Shown: positions 17,478 through 27,687 of the stretch, piece by piece
Numbering within the stretch: the first letter of the stretch is position 1
How the letters are laid out: every line of letters starts with the position of its first letter
Assembly: GCA_016860985.1 (NCBI GenBank)
Contig: BOKM01000001.1
Coordinates: forward strand, 156,185 to 220,184
DNA: 64,000 nt
Source of the DNA: Patescibacteria group bacterium
GTDB taxonomy: Bacteria; Patescibacteriota; Dojkabacteria; GCA-002793355
Direction: 5' to 3'
The notes under the pieces: model-generated
The model's database searches: none
Seen by the model: the letters and a program-made list of their open reading frames with translations, nothing else
What the model was told of the DNA's origin: nothing
Translations under genes and position numbers: made by a program

Positions 17478-19704
17478 TTCTGCTTTTCACGGCGACTTTA
17501 GTTTTTGCTGTCGCTCGTTTTTTTGACGGAGCAGAAGTCATTTTTTTGCTTGTTTTCTTAACGGCAGAATCCTTTCCGGTTCCGACTTTTTTAGTGAATC
17601 GACTCTTGATATATTTACACGCCGGGTATGCAGAACACCCAATAAAAGGTCTACCTGTTTTCCCTTTACGTTCAACAAGGTGCGCGCCACAATCTGGGCA
17701 CACTTCTTTCAATAACACTGGAAGCGTTTTTTTAACTTCTGGATACTGCGGATGTGCCCAAAAGATTCCAAATCTTCCCTTTTTCAAAATATATCCTTCC
17801 TTTTCAACTTCTTCGGAAACAAAATATTTGCTCATATCGACATACGGTTCTCGTGCTTTGCATTCTTCGTTGGGGCAGGAGTAGTACTTACCCCAAGGGC
17901 CAAGCTTTAGATGCATTTTAGTACCGCACTTACGACATTCTTTATCTGTTTCCCCCAAAGAAGTTAATTCTTCTTTGACGATTGTTTTCATTTTTTCTTC
18001 GATGTCTTTTGCAAAGACTGGGTAAAAACTATCAATCATCTTCTTTTTTGTTCTTTTTGCAGTAGCGATTTCGTCCAATTCTTTTTCCATTTCTGCGGTA
18101 AATGCAAAATCTACAATTTTTGGAAAGTGCTTCTTTAAAAAGTTGCACACCAAAATCCCCACTTCTGTTGGCGTTAGGAGTTTGTTTTCACGAGTAATGT
18201 AATTTCTAGTGATAAGTGTTGCAATAATCGTAGCGTAAGTCGAAGGTCGACCAATCCCAAGTTTTTCCATCTCTTTAACAAGCGTGGCGTCGTTGTAACG
18301 ACTTCTTGGCGTTGTGGTCAAGTGCTCGTCCACGATCTTTGCCACATTCATTTTATCGCCGACTTTAACTTCAGGGAGCGGCTTGATTTCCTTCTCTGCT
18401 GCATGCTTTAGCAGCTTATATCCTGCAAATACCTCTTTTTGGGAAACTGCTTCAAAAACCCACTTCTCTTTCTGCATTCGGTCTCGTGCATCGCCATCTG
18501 AGGGAAGCATTTTTACATTCTCTTCTTCTAGCAACTGAGGCTTCATCTGGGTCGCAACTGCTCTTCTCCAGATAAGTGCATAAAGTTTGTATTGCTGAGG
18601 CGTCAAATATTTTTTTACATCTTCTGGGGTCAATTCGGTGTGGGTTGGTCTAATTGCTTCGTGGGCTTCTTGAGCAACTCTTGATTTTGTTTTGTATCGG
18701 CGTGGTGTTTCGTTTAAGTATTCTTCCCCATACTTTTTCTTTATTATCTGTCGGATTGACTGAATCGCCTGTTCACTCATATTTACCGAATCTGTTCGCA
18801 TATACGAAATCAAACCGATTCGCCCGCCTTTATCTTTTAGGTCAACTCCTTGATAAAGCTCTTGAGCGACCTTCATAGTCATTTTTGCCGTAAATCCAAA
18901 GGTTTGGTTTGCGGCTTGTTGCATGGTAGAGGTCACCAGAGGAGGAGGTGGTGCAGAGGTAACGGTTTTAGTTTTATGTTCCACTACAACATGTTCTTTT
19001 TGCTTTTGTAGCTCACTGTTTATCATATCGCCAACATTTGGCTCAAGTTTGGCAATACTTCCTTTTGCATCGACGAGAAGGAATGGGACATCGGTCTCTT
19101 TATAATGGACCGTGAACGTCGTATAAGGTGAAGGAATAAATGCACGAATCTCTTCTTCTCTTTCAACTACCAACCGCAACGCTGCGGACTGTACTCTACC
19201 TGCCGATAGACCAAACTGAATTTTTTTCCATAACAATTGAGAAAGTGGGTAACCGACTAAACGGTCAAGGATTCTTCTTGCTTGTTGGGCTTTAACCAAA
19301 TCTTGGTCAACCTCTCTAGTCGCTTGTATGGCAGCTTTAATTGCATCTTTCGTAATTTCGTGAAAAACTGCACGTTGTACTTTCTCCGTTTTTTCTGGAA
19401 ACTTACAAATTTGTGCAACTTGCCATGCGATTGATTCTCCTTCACGATCAGGGTCTTGTGCGAGATATACAGTACCATTTGTAGCTTTAACGGCTCTTTT
19501 AATATCGTTAATAACCTTATCTTTCCCTTTAATGGTAACGTACTCCATTTCATATTCCGAATCTGTGGTACTCACTCCAAGCTTATTCGTTGGCAAATCG
19601 ATGAGATGTCCAACTGTTGCTATAACTGAAAAGTCCTTTCCTAAATAACCTTGAATTGTTTTCGCCTTTGCTGGAGACTCTACGATAACTAAGTTTTTTG
19701 CCAT
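17443..19704 (-). CDS. topA: DNA topoisomerase I
   Basis: TOPRIM N-terminus MAKNLVIVESPAKAKTIQGYLG, C-terminal Zn-ribbons (CRKCG..C..C; CPDCG..C..C) and a Lys-rich tail. Confidence 0.95.
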   Translation of the reverse strand: MAKNLVIVESPAKAKTIQGYLGKDFSVIATVGHLIDLPTNKLGVSTTDSEYEMEYVTIKGKDKVINDIKRAVKATNGTVYLAQDPDREGESIAWQVAQICKFPEKTEKVQRAVFHEITKDAIKAAIQATREVDQDLVKAQQARRILDRLVGYPLSQLLWKKIQFGLSAGRVQSAALRLVVEREEEIRAFIPSPYTTFTVHYKETDVPFLLVDAKGSIAKLEPNVGDMINSELQKQKEHVVVEHKTKTVTSAPPPPLVTSTMQQAANQTFGFTAKMTMKVAQELYQGVDLKDKGGRIGLISYMRTDSVNMSEQAIQSIRQIIKKKYGEEYLNETPRRYKTKSRVAQEAHEAIRPTHTELTPEDVKKYLTPQQYKLYALIWRRAVATQMKPQLLEEENVKMLPSDGDARDRMQKEKWVFEAVSQKEVFAGYKLLKHAAEKEIKPLPEVKVGDKMNVAKIVDEHLTTTPRSRYNDATLVKEMEKLGIGRPSTYATIIATLITRNYITRENKLLTPTEVGILVCNFLKKHFPKIVDFAFTAEMEKELDEIATAKRTKKKMIDSFYPVFAKDIEEKMKTIVKEELTSLGETDKECRKCGTKMHLKLGPWGKYYSCPNEECKAREPYVDMSKYFVSEEVEKEGYILKKGRFGIFWAHPQYPEVKKTLPVLLKEVCPDCGAHLVERKGKTGRPFIGCSAYPACKYIKSRFTKKVGTGKDSAVKKTSKKMTSAPSKKRATAKTKVAVKSRNARTSRSKKTK

Positions 19705-20819
19705 GAATTATACCCAGAGAAGTTAAATACGGCTTTGTTCTTTCTTTTTACAATAATACCTGAACGCTGTAATTTTACCACGAGCGTTTCGAACTTACGT
19801 AAATCTTTGTTCGCAAATCTCCAAAGTATCGGTAAAAGATTTACTAATGCAAGATGACGATATTCCTTTTCAGGGATAATAAGCTGCCCACCAGAAAGAG
19901 ATGTAATCATCGATGTATATCTATCAACTAATTCTGATTGCTCTTCCCAAAACAATACATCATAAAGGCTCTGCACAAAAGAATTATATGGGTTAGCAAT
20001 CGCATACAGCATACCACCGAGAGCTGATTCACACGTAATATCTGGTAAGACAAAATATACGTTTCTTCCATAAGATACGGTCAAGTCGACTGTTGTCAGG
20101 GTACCACTCTTAATTGGTGCTTCAATAACGACTGTTGCATCAGAAAACGCAGCAACGAGGCGATTTCGTGCGATGAACATCCATTTCTCGAGCTGAGAAC
20201 TATTCGGCGGAAACTCTGAAACATAAAGAATTGACTTTTTTGGATTTAAATCAATATCAAGCCGAGGGACAAAGGCAACGGTATCGCCGCCATACTTTTG
20301 TGAATACTGATGAATTAACGAATCAACGCCAACTGCATTTCCAGCTACCGTTGTTATTTTGCAGTATGCAGATTCAAACGCAAACTGCTTTGATTTTTCC
20401 TCGCCGTGTTTACTCGGCTGGCGAGTTCCAACCATTGCAAGTTTGTAGTTCGTTTGCAGTAGTTCCTTATTACCTGTGCAAAATAATATAAAAGGTGGAT
20501 CGCCAATCATTCTAAATTCCTGAGGATAAATGGCATCATCTTGTAAATAGGTATCAATTCCATGCTTATGTAAGTACTTTTGGTACGAAATTGCTTTATG
20601 TTCCCACAAGGGATAGTTTAAAAGAAATGCCTCTGTTTTAGGCAAAATCCGACCTTCCTTGCGTAACTCTCGAACCCGAAAAGCAAATTGAGATACCTCT
20701 TCAGGTACCCACGTCTTCTTTGTGCCGTCAGATGCCCTATGTGCGAATAGTTCAAACAGCAGATGACTTGTCACATAGCCTTTGTGAAGCAAATAAACTG
20801 CAATACTCATAATATCCAT
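19689..20819 (-). CDS. dprA: DNA processing protein DprA/Smf
   Basis: Rossmann core ..LAMVGTRQPS..GNAVGVDSLIH..FPPNSSQLEKWMFIARNRLVAAFSDATVVIEA. Typical dprA-topA linkage. Confidence 0.8.
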   Translation of the reverse strand: MDIMSIAVYLLHKGYVTSHLLFELFAHRASDGTKKTWVPEEVSQFAFRVRELRKEGRILPKTEAFLLNYPLWEHKAISYQKYLHKHGIDTYLQDDAIYPQEFRMIGDPPFILFCTGNKELLQTNYKLAMVGTRQPSKHGEEKSKQFAFESAYCKITTVAGNAVGVDSLIHQYSQKYGGDTVAFVPRLDIDLNPKKSILYVSEFPPNSSQLEKWMFIARNRLVAAFSDATVVIEAPIKSGTLTTVDLTVSYGRNVYFVLPDITCESALGGMLYAIANPYNSFVQSLYDVLFWEEQSELVDRYTSMITSLSGGQLIIPEKEYRHLALVNLLPILWRFANKDLRKFETLVVKLQRSGIIVKRKNKAVFNFSGYNSWQKT

Positions 20820-20855
20820 TATGAGCTACTCTAGCATTGAAAAAATGAACCAAAC

Positions 20856-21326
20856 CTACCGCTGAACTGTGTTTCCTTGGCTCATACAGTGCGAGAGCCA
20901 GCTAGCTGGATATGGAATATCCCCTAAGTCTGAGCATAAGGGAACACCCTGCCCAATATATGAAACTTGCCATGCATTATCGACCTTACCGGCAAACCAA
21001 GCAGCGCCCCCCATATCATCAGAGTTTTTTACACTACCCTTTGCAATATTTTCTTCGAGTGTGCCAACCGCGAATTCAAATTTTTCTTCGGGAATACCAC
21101 TTTTTTCTAACACCAGCGTTCGGAGGAGGTCTTCAACAGAGATTGTCGGAGTTGCACTTACCAAAGGTGTTTCAGAGATAATGACTGACGGTGTCGGAGT
21201 GATTGTTGCATTCATATAGGGAGAAATAGGTTGAGTCTTGTTTAAGTATAGAGCCCCACCAATAAGGATTGCTGCCACTACGATTGCGGCAGGCAGAAGA
21301 AATGGTAATAATGACTTACTCTCCAT
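20856..21326 (-). CDS. hypothetical secreted/membrane-anchored protein
   Basis: N-terminal hydrophobic helix followed by a Thr/Pro/Ser-rich linker. Confidence 0.4.
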   Translation of the reverse strand: MESKSLLPFLLPAAIVVAAILIGGALYLNKTQPISPYMNATITPTPSVIISETPLVSATPTISVEDLLRTLVLEKSGIPEEKFEFAVGTLEENIAKGSVKNSDDMGGAAWFAGKVDNAWQVSYIGQGVPLCSDLGDIPYPASWLSHCMSQGNTVQR

Positions 21327-21383
21327 CTGCGCTATGCAATGAACTTATTAGTTAGTTATACCAGATATTGCAACAAACACCTA

Positions 21384-23012
21384 TTAGTGAACTGAAATAC
21401 CCGATACCTTGTCTCTTTTCTCTGACATTTCACGTGGCAAAAGGCCTGTGGTAATTAAAGCAATGGAGTTAAAAGCAAGAGTCATGACAAGAACCTTCTT
21501 GCTCGCCTCCGAAATTGCAACCTGAGAGATTGTCTTAAGTTTTGAAGCGAACGGTGAATTCGAATTTTCTTTTGAATTGAACGATGAATAATTGACTCCA
21601 CTCGTTTCTATTTGCTCTACGATGGCACCTCTAAATTGGTCCGGAATGTCTGCAGCAGTTTTTACTCCGTTAATAAGAGTCAACGTAATAGTCCCCAAAA
21701 AAACTGCTCCAATTAACGCTGAACCGAAAGAGCTTCCTAATTGTCTCGTAGTGTTGTTAATCCCAGAAGCTTCACCTGCGATATTTGGATCAACAGCCGA
21801 CAACGTGACATTTGCAATTTGTGAGGACGTTAACCCCATACCAATTCCGAGAAGTAACAAACCTACGATGAAATCTGAAGGAGTAGTTGTTGCAGAAATT
21901 TGATTTCTTAGAACGAATATTCCGAATATGCTAAACAGCAATCCAAACTGGATTAAATCTCTCGTCGCAATTTTTTTTCTGAGAACACCCGACAATGGGG
22001 CGACTACGAGTGTTGACAACGATAGAGGTAAAAGGCTTTTTCCTGTTTCAAAGGCATTGAGTCCTACAACTGATTGTAGAAAAACAGGGATAGAAAAGAT
22101 AATTCCCGCTTGCCCAAGAGCCATAATTGAAGTTACAAGTATACCTGCCACAAATTGCTTATTCCTGAAGATTGAAAGTGAAATTAATGGTGTTCTTCCT
22201 TGTTTCTTTATTCGCTTTTCCCAAAGCAGAAATGCCAGAAGAAAAAATAAGCCAATGAGAATGGAAACCGCAGTAATTGATAACCCACCGAAACTCACCT
22301 CAACGTTAGCAATGCTCCATAATTTTTTTGCATAAAACCAACCATACGTCGTTGATTCGATAATACCGTAAACAATTGCAGTCATACTAAGTGAGGACAA
22401 GATAGCCCCAAATACATCGAGCGTATGCGCTTCTTTTCTATCGAAAGATTCCTTAATTACCACTGAGCCTACCAGTACGAGCAAAACAATAACAACATTA
22501 ATTCGAAATGCCCAGTGCCAACTCACATTTGAGGTAAGCCAACCACCAAGTAATGGACCAAAGGCAGATGCTGCCCCTGCAATACCACCCCAAACACCGA
22601 ATGCAATTGCCCTTTCCTTGCCTTGGAAGTTCGAAACCACAAGAGAGGCTGTTGCAGGCAACATTAATGCAGCACCAATTCCCTCAACAAGCGACCATCC
22701 TACTAACAACATACCAGCGCTAGTACTGATTGAAGCAATAAACGAACCCACCCCAAAAAGTGCAGCACCAAACACAAACATCTTTTTTCTCCCGAATAAA
22801 TCACCAAGCCTACCGCCTGTAATGGTAAGAGCAGCAAGCACAAGGGAATAAATAGTGATAATCCATTGCATTGTTTGTAAATCGGTTTTTAAGTCTTTAA
22901 TAATTTCCTGCAGAGATACATTTAATACCGTTGTGTCAATTATAATTATCGCCAAGGCCATACTTGATACTAAAAGTCCAAGCCACTTAAAGAGATTTTC
23001 TTTGTTTTTCAT
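21384..23012 (-). CDS. MFS transporter, DHA2 (EmrB/QacA-like, 14-TMS) family
   Basis: Polytopic protein with the MFS motif GGRLGDLFGRKK after TM2 and 542 aa length. Confidence 0.8.
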   Translation of the reverse strand: MKNKENLFKWLGLLVSSMALAIIIIDTTVLNVSLQEIIKDLKTDLQTMQWIITIYSLVLAALTITGGRLGDLFGRKKMFVFGAALFGVGSFIASISTSAGMLLVGWSLVEGIGAALMLPATASLVVSNFQGKERAIAFGVWGGIAGAASAFGPLLGGWLTSNVSWHWAFRINVVIVLLVLVGSVVIKESFDRKEAHTLDVFGAILSSLSMTAIVYGIIESTTYGWFYAKKLWSIANVEVSFGGLSITAVSILIGLFFLLAFLLWEKRIKKQGRTPLISLSIFRNKQFVAGILVTSIMALGQAGIIFSIPVFLQSVVGLNAFETGKSLLPLSLSTLVVAPLSGVLRKKIATRDLIQFGLLFSIFGIFVLRNQISATTTPSDFIVGLLLLGIGMGLTSSQIANVTLSAVDPNIAGEASGINNTTRQLGSSFGSALIGAVFLGTITLTLINGVKTAADIPDQFRGAIVEQIETSGVNYSSFNSKENSNSPFASKLKTISQVAISEASKKVLVMTLAFNSIALITTGLLPREMSEKRDKVSGISVH

Positions 23013-23030
23013 AGTTTAAAGATGATTTGA

Positions 23031-23047
23031 GATTACCAGCGGTAATC
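23031..23047. promoter_or_regulatory. inverted repeat GATTACC-agc-GGTAATC just upstream of the MFS transporter start (possible operator)
   Basis: Perfect 7-bp arms with a 3-bp spacer, 20 bp upstream of the MFS start codon on the minus strand. Confidence 0.25.
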
Positions 23048-23082
23048 ATCCCTCCTTTCACGTAACATGTCAACAACTACTC

Positions 23083-23112
23083 TGGACATTACGCATAGTC
23101 CTATAGTATAAT
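23083..23112 (+). promoter_or_regulatory. candidate sigma70-type promoter (TGGACA-18nt-TATAAT) upstream of ORF 23263
   Basis: Read directly from the sequence. A GGAG RBS lies 8 nt before ATG 23263. Confidence 0.3.
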
Positions 23113-23262
23113 ACGGTGGCGTGTTAAGGTTGAGGTTTTCCTCACCACTGCTCATTAACAAGTCCTATCTATCACTTCTCCACCACTACTTCTTGCCGAT
23201 AAAAATGCATTTATATAATTGAGCGCATTTTCGTCGGTAAGAAAATAGAATATGGAGAAAAA

Positions 23263-23874
23263 ATGGTACCAAATCTGAAATTCCTCTCGTTCATCTATCG
23301 CTTAGGTCTTGCTTTCCAGAACATTTACGCCGCTCTGGCGTGGTTCTTTGGCGGGCTCGCAAAAATCGTACGCTATCTGGCGCGCGATATCTTTGCCCCG
23401 AACTGGAAGCAGTTCCTTGGTGCGATAGCAGCATTTAGTGCTTTCATGGCATTTTTGCTGTTCGTTGTAGCGCCGGTCCAGGAATGGATCGAAGACCGAG
23501 CAATGATGAAGAACCCCATCATAGCGAATGACGGTGACGAAATCCTCGTAGACGGAAAGAAAGCTATCCGTATTAATTACGAGGGAAAGGTTCATTTGTA
23601 CGAGATCACCGGGGGGGGATTATCAATTGACTACCTCAAATCCAATGACCAGTCCGGCGATGTATTCGTTTGCGCCAACAGCGCATTTCAAAGCGAGTGC
23701 AACCGCCTTTCACCAGGTCAGAGTTTTGAGTTAGTAGATTATGATTCTCCAATAAGGGGTCCTTTGGGTACGGTTACGTTTGTAAAAGATGAAAAAAGCG
23801 GCGACGCCTACATCTTGATAAAAACAACCCGTGAACTTCAGACATTGCCCGAAGAATACCGTGATCATCGCTGA
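23263..23874 (+). CDS. hypothetical membrane protein, compositionally atypical (GC-rich)
   Basis: 203-aa ORF with a good RBS (GGAGAAAAAATG). The first ~350 nt are visibly GC-rich (~50%) relative to the flanks. Confidence 0.45.
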   Translation: MVPNLKFLSFIYRLGLAFQNIYAALAWFFGGLAKIVRYLARDIFAPNWKQFLGAIAAFSAFMAFLLFVVAPVQEWIEDRAMMKNPIIANDGDEILVDGKKAIRINYEGKVHLYEITGGGLSIDYLKSNDQSGDVFVCANSAFQSECNRLSPGQSFELVDYDSPIRGPLGTVTFVKDEKSGDAYILIKTTRELQTLPEEYRDHR

Positions 23875-23886
23875 TAGTTAGGCGCG

Positions 23887-23921
23887 TTAATGCACTCCAG
23901 CTGGGGGTTTTGAATAAAAAT
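23887..23921. terminator. bidirectional hairpin terminator between convergent genes
   Basis: Two copies of the self-complementary CCAGCTGG separated by a 19-nt AT-rich loop with flanking T/A runs. Confidence 0.4.
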
Positions 23922-23931
23922 TTCCAGCTGG

Positions 23932-24717
23932 TTAACGTTTTTTATGCAATTTCTCGATTGCTTGTATTACAGCAGCTGCCAACGCTGTCGGTTTTTTGTT
24001 AAACGCGCCATGCCCAATCCCCTTAACAACAATGATATTTTCGTCTGGAATTCCAGAGTTATTTTGCAAAACCTCTTGTTCGCCATAAATAAATACACAT
24101 TCCGGATGTAGCGTAGGATCAGAAAAACTCGTTAATAAGGCGATCAGCGTGTCATATGCACCATACATAGAAACTTTTTTGGCATTCCACACATGCTTAC
24201 GGCTTGAGTTCTCAGTTACCCGAGCAATGGAACCATAGGCCATTTTTACTAAAGCATCACGTAATGGGGAGATTCTTCTCACGATTTTCATTGCGACTTT
24301 CGACTGCAAAAGCAATTTTCCGTACCACGGTGCTTCAGAACCAAACGCTCGAAGAGGAGCTGAAATGAGAATCATTGGCGTATTTGCATCATACTTTTTT
24401 GCATAATGGGTAGCTATTTGAGTACCCATAGAAAAACCAACCAGAATAAATTCTTGTTGCTGCAATTTGTTCACGATTTCATGCACAATTTCTGCTAAAT
24501 ACTCCATACTCATTGCCATTGGTGAAGAATCGGAGTCCCCATAGCCAGGCCAAGAAATAGTGACAACGTGGAACTTTGTGATTAAGGCATCAATAAATAG
24601 CCCTTCCTCATGAAATTGATGAGTCCAGCCGGATAGTAACAAAAGTAGTGGACCTTTAGTTTCACTATCAAAATAGGATATGTGAGTCTTACCAATTGTG
24701 ATGAGTTTTTCTTTCAT
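23932..24717 (-). CDS. alpha/beta-hydrolase fold protein
   Basis: GFSMG nucleophile elbow, HGXP-like LLLLSGW, C-terminal GIGHGAF. Start set at the internal Met (MKEKLITIGK) because the longer track ORF would overlap tRNA-Gln. Confidence 0.7.
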   Translation of the reverse strand: MKEKLITIGKTHISYFDSETKGPLLLLLSGWTHQFHEEGLFIDALITKFHVVTISWPGYGDSDSSPMAMSMEYLAEIVHEIVNKLQQQEFILVGFSMGTQIATHYAKKYDANTPMILISAPLRAFGSEAPWYGKLLLQSKVAMKIVRRISPLRDALVKMAYGSIARVTENSSRKHVWNAKKVSMYGAYDTLIALLTSFSDPTLHPECVFIYGEQEVLQNNSGIPDENIIVVKGIGHGAFNKKPTALAAAVIQAIEKLHKKR

Positions 24718-24727
24718 AGTTGCATAT

Positions 24728-24796
24728 TGCCGGGCTTGGATTCGAACCAAAACTGGCGGTTCCAGAGACCGCTGTCCTACCATTAGACGACCCGGC
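24728..24796 (-). tRNA. tRNA-Gln (anticodon CTG)
   Basis: Hand fold: acceptor GCCGGGT/GCCCGGC with discriminator A; anticodon stem GCGGT/ACCGC with loop CUCUGGA; T-loop TTCGAAT. No encoded CCA. D-arm is short. Confidence 0.75.
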
Positions 24797-24807
24797 AATA
24801 ACGTACA

Positions 24808-26370
24808 TTACTTACTTGAAAACTGCTCAAAGCGCTGCCCAACAAAATCCCTGCCAGCCAACACCATAAATTCACGAAGTGGTGGAGAAATCTTTTTGCC
24901 AGTCACAATTACACGAAGGACCATAAATAAGTCGCCGTGCTTAAGGTTATACCTATCGGCCAGGGCTCTTACTGCTGGTTCCCAAAGTTCTTGTTCCCAG
25001 GTTGGTAATTTTTCAAGTGCGTCTCGCAAATTATAAACGATTTCCGTTCTTTTCTCAACGTCTGGCAGTACCGAAGCTACCGATTCGTGGTCAAAACCAG
25101 CGTCTTCTTGCCATAATACCGAAAACCAATCGTATATGTCTGTCAGTCGCTTAACTCGCTGTTGCACAATTGCTAGTAGACTTTCAGCACGAGCACGATC
25201 AGCAGTAAGATACTGTTTTAATTCGCTTACTTTTGTACGCATTTCTTCCAGCTCCTCGGTTACACCACGTATCTCGTCAACCACATTATTTTGAAGCACA
25301 ACTTCTGCCCAAGCAAGAACCCGATCGTAAAGTTGAGAAGGTGTCAGTTTACCAATCCAGACAGCGTTAAAAGAATCGAGCTTTTCGACTTCAAACCTCC
25401 CCGCTGATTTTTTAATTCTCTTTGGATCAAAATTTTTGATTAAATAATCAACGTCGTAGATTTCGTCTTTATGTGCGACTTCTGGGGCGGGGTTCCACCC
25501 AATAAGCGCAACAAAATTAATAATTGCTTCTTTAATATAGCCTTTACGAATAAAATCAATTACTGCAACATTCCCCTTTCGTTTGCTCAATTTTCCTTTG
25601 CCATCTGGATTAAGCACAAGCGGCACATGTAGATATGTTGGCATCTGAGCTCCAAGATAACGGTACAGCAACACTTGCTTTGGAATACTTGGAATATATT
25701 CGGAGCCTCTGACTGCGTGAGTAATATTCATGAGCATGTCATCAACCACGACCGCAAGATGATATGTTGGAAGTCCATCAGATTTAAGCAGTACCTGCTC
25801 GTTGGTATCGCTGGAATTAAAGGATATTTTCTTTCCGATGACTGGTTCTTCGTATTCAATTGTTTCGTTTTCTGGTACTTTCATTCTCACTACGTAAGAT
25901 TCTCCTGCTGCGATTCGTTTTTCAATCTCTTCTTGAGACAAAGTTTTACAAAGCCCATCATAGTGGGGGCGAATTTTCATCATTTTTTGTTCCTCTTTAA
26001 GTTGAGCAAGTCGCTCTGCCGAACAAAAACAACGATACGCATTCCCTTCCTCTACCATTTTTAACGCATACTCTTTGTAGATTTCTTCACGCTGTGTTTG
26101 AAAATACGGTCCAAATTCTCCACCCTCACGTGGACCTTCGTCTGCAGTTATTCCAAGAAAATCGAGCGACTGATACAAAGACTCCACACCACCTTTAACT
26201 GATCGCTTTACGTCAGTATCTTCGATTCGCATAACGAGCTTCCCATTTTCTGCTTGTTTTGCCATTAAGTAATCGAACAAAAAGGTTCGTGCTGTTCCAA
26301 TGTGAATCCAGCCGGTTGGGCTCGGAGCCATACGTACTCTGACAGATGACATAACTTCTGATACAATCAA
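24808..26370 (-). CDS. gltX: Glutamyl-tRNA synthetase (likely non-discriminating)
   Basis: RMAPSPTGWIHIGTA (HIGH) and KLSKRKG (KMSKS), with the class I catalytic core. 520 aa. Confidence 0.9.
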   Translation of the reverse strand: MIVSEVMSSVRVRMAPSPTGWIHIGTARTFLFDYLMAKQAENGKLVMRIEDTDVKRSVKGGVESLYQSLDFLGITADEGPREGGEFGPYFQTQREEIYKEYALKMVEEGNAYRCFCSAERLAQLKEEQKMMKIRPHYDGLCKTLSQEEIEKRIAAGESYVVRMKVPENETIEYEEPVIGKKISFNSSDTNEQVLLKSDGLPTYHLAVVVDDMLMNITHAVRGSEYIPSIPKQVLLYRYLGAQMPTYLHVPLVLNPDGKGKLSKRKGNVAVIDFIRKGYIKEAIINFVALIGWNPAPEVAHKDEIYDVDYLIKNFDPKRIKKSAGRFEVEKLDSFNAVWIGKLTPSQLYDRVLAWAEVVLQNNVVDEIRGVTEELEEMRTKVSELKQYLTADRARAESLLAIVQQRVKRLTDIYDWFSVLWQEDAGFDHESVASVLPDVEKRTEIVYNLRDALEKLPTWEQELWEPAVRALADRYNLKHGDLFMVLRVIVTGKKISPPLREFMVLAGRDFVGQRFEQFSSK

Positions 26371-26396
26371 TTCAATAGGTTCATTATATCAAACAA

Positions 26397-27644
26397 ATGA
26401 CACTCACAGAAACAGTATTTTGGACAAAAATCGCCTCAAAATTCGTTGGAGCATTCGTTGTTCTTATTATCGTAGGCTATTACGCTTATATATATGTGAT
26501 TTCGCTCACCAGAACACCCGAGCAGGTCTTTAGACCAGATAATAAGTGCGGGTCACTCCCTGAAATTGCAATTGAAGCGCAAGAAGGGGCCAGTTACGGA
26601 AACGCGGTCTTCCAAGTTACGGCACTCTCAACATCTCTACCCGACAATTATGAAAAAGCACCTCTTATAACTTATGTTTACAAAACTGACGTGCGCGGTG
26701 AGACTTTTGAAACACGAGATTTGGCCTACTCCATTGCAAAAGACCTTGAATTTGAAACACCTGTCGAACATACCGCTGGTTCCACTGTATATGTTTGGAG
26801 GAATAAGGGTTTAAGCTCAACCCTCACCTTTAATACCGATACCTTTAACTTCACTTATTTGCGAGACAATTCTGTATTACCCAAGATTCCAAATACCGAA
26901 CTTCCTGGCACCACTTTTAAAGCACCTGAGTATGCTTCTAATTATCTTCGAGCGTTAGGGTTGTACACTGCAGAATTTGCAAACGGGAAATCCTTTTCTT
27001 ACCCAGTTGTTATGTCACAAGGAAAGTCGTTTCTTGCTGAATCACTTTTTACTGCACAATTAGTTCGCGTAGACTTCCAAAAGGTTGTGCCTATGCTGTT
27101 TTATGACAAGCAAGTTGTCTCGCCAACATATAATTCACCTGCACTTATTGACTTTGTAAAATTCATTGAATTAGCAAAGAAAAAAGGTGAAAAGGATGAA
27201 AGTCATGCCAAGTTTTATGCACGCAGAGTAGGAAGAACTCCAGAAACTGCAAACGTACAGGTGTATCTGAGAAGCCAAGTAGGAAACCCAGCACGAGGAC
27301 TCCAACAACTTATCTATAACAACTGGAAGGTCGAGGAAACTCCTTGCGGAACGGCATCTATCATTAGACCTTCTTCTGCAATTTTGAAGATTCAAAAAGG
27401 AGAAGGTACTATTGCGTATCTCGCTCCAAAAGGCGGAGATCCATTACAGCCGAAATCAGTTGATCCATTGCGTGAAATTAATCTTTATAACCTAGAACTC
27501 ACCTACTACGAAGCAAATACAATCCAACCCTATCTGCAACCCATCTACGTAGCGACAGGAGAAGTCGTTTACGAAAATGGCGCACGCGGTGACATTGCAA
27601 TTTATGTACCTGCAATTGATTACGGTTTACAGCCAAAAAAGTAA
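26397..27644 (+). CDS. hypothetical membrane-anchored extracytoplasmic protein
   Basis: N-terminal TM helix then a ~380-aa soluble domain with no recognised motif. Confidence 0.5.
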   Translation: MTLTETVFWTKIASKFVGAFVVLIIVGYYAYIYVISLTRTPEQVFRPDNKCGSLPEIAIEAQEGASYGNAVFQVTALSTSLPDNYEKAPLITYVYKTDVRGETFETRDLAYSIAKDLEFETPVEHTAGSTVYVWRNKGLSSTLTFNTDTFNFTYLRDNSVLPKIPNTELPGTTFKAPEYASNYLRALGLYTAEFANGKSFSYPVVMSQGKSFLAESLFTAQLVRVDFQKVVPMLFYDKQVVSPTYNSPALIDFVKFIELAKKKGEKDESHAKFYARRVGRTPETANVQVYLRSQVGNPARGLQQLIYNNWKVEETPCGTASIIRPSSAILKIQKGEGTIAYLAPKGGDPLQPKSVDPLREINLYNLELTYYEANTIQPYLQPIYVATGEVVYENGARGDIAIYVPAIDYGLQPKK

Positions 27645-27687
27645 TAGCTAGCATTAATCTAGAAATATATAATGGCCCAATTGAACG

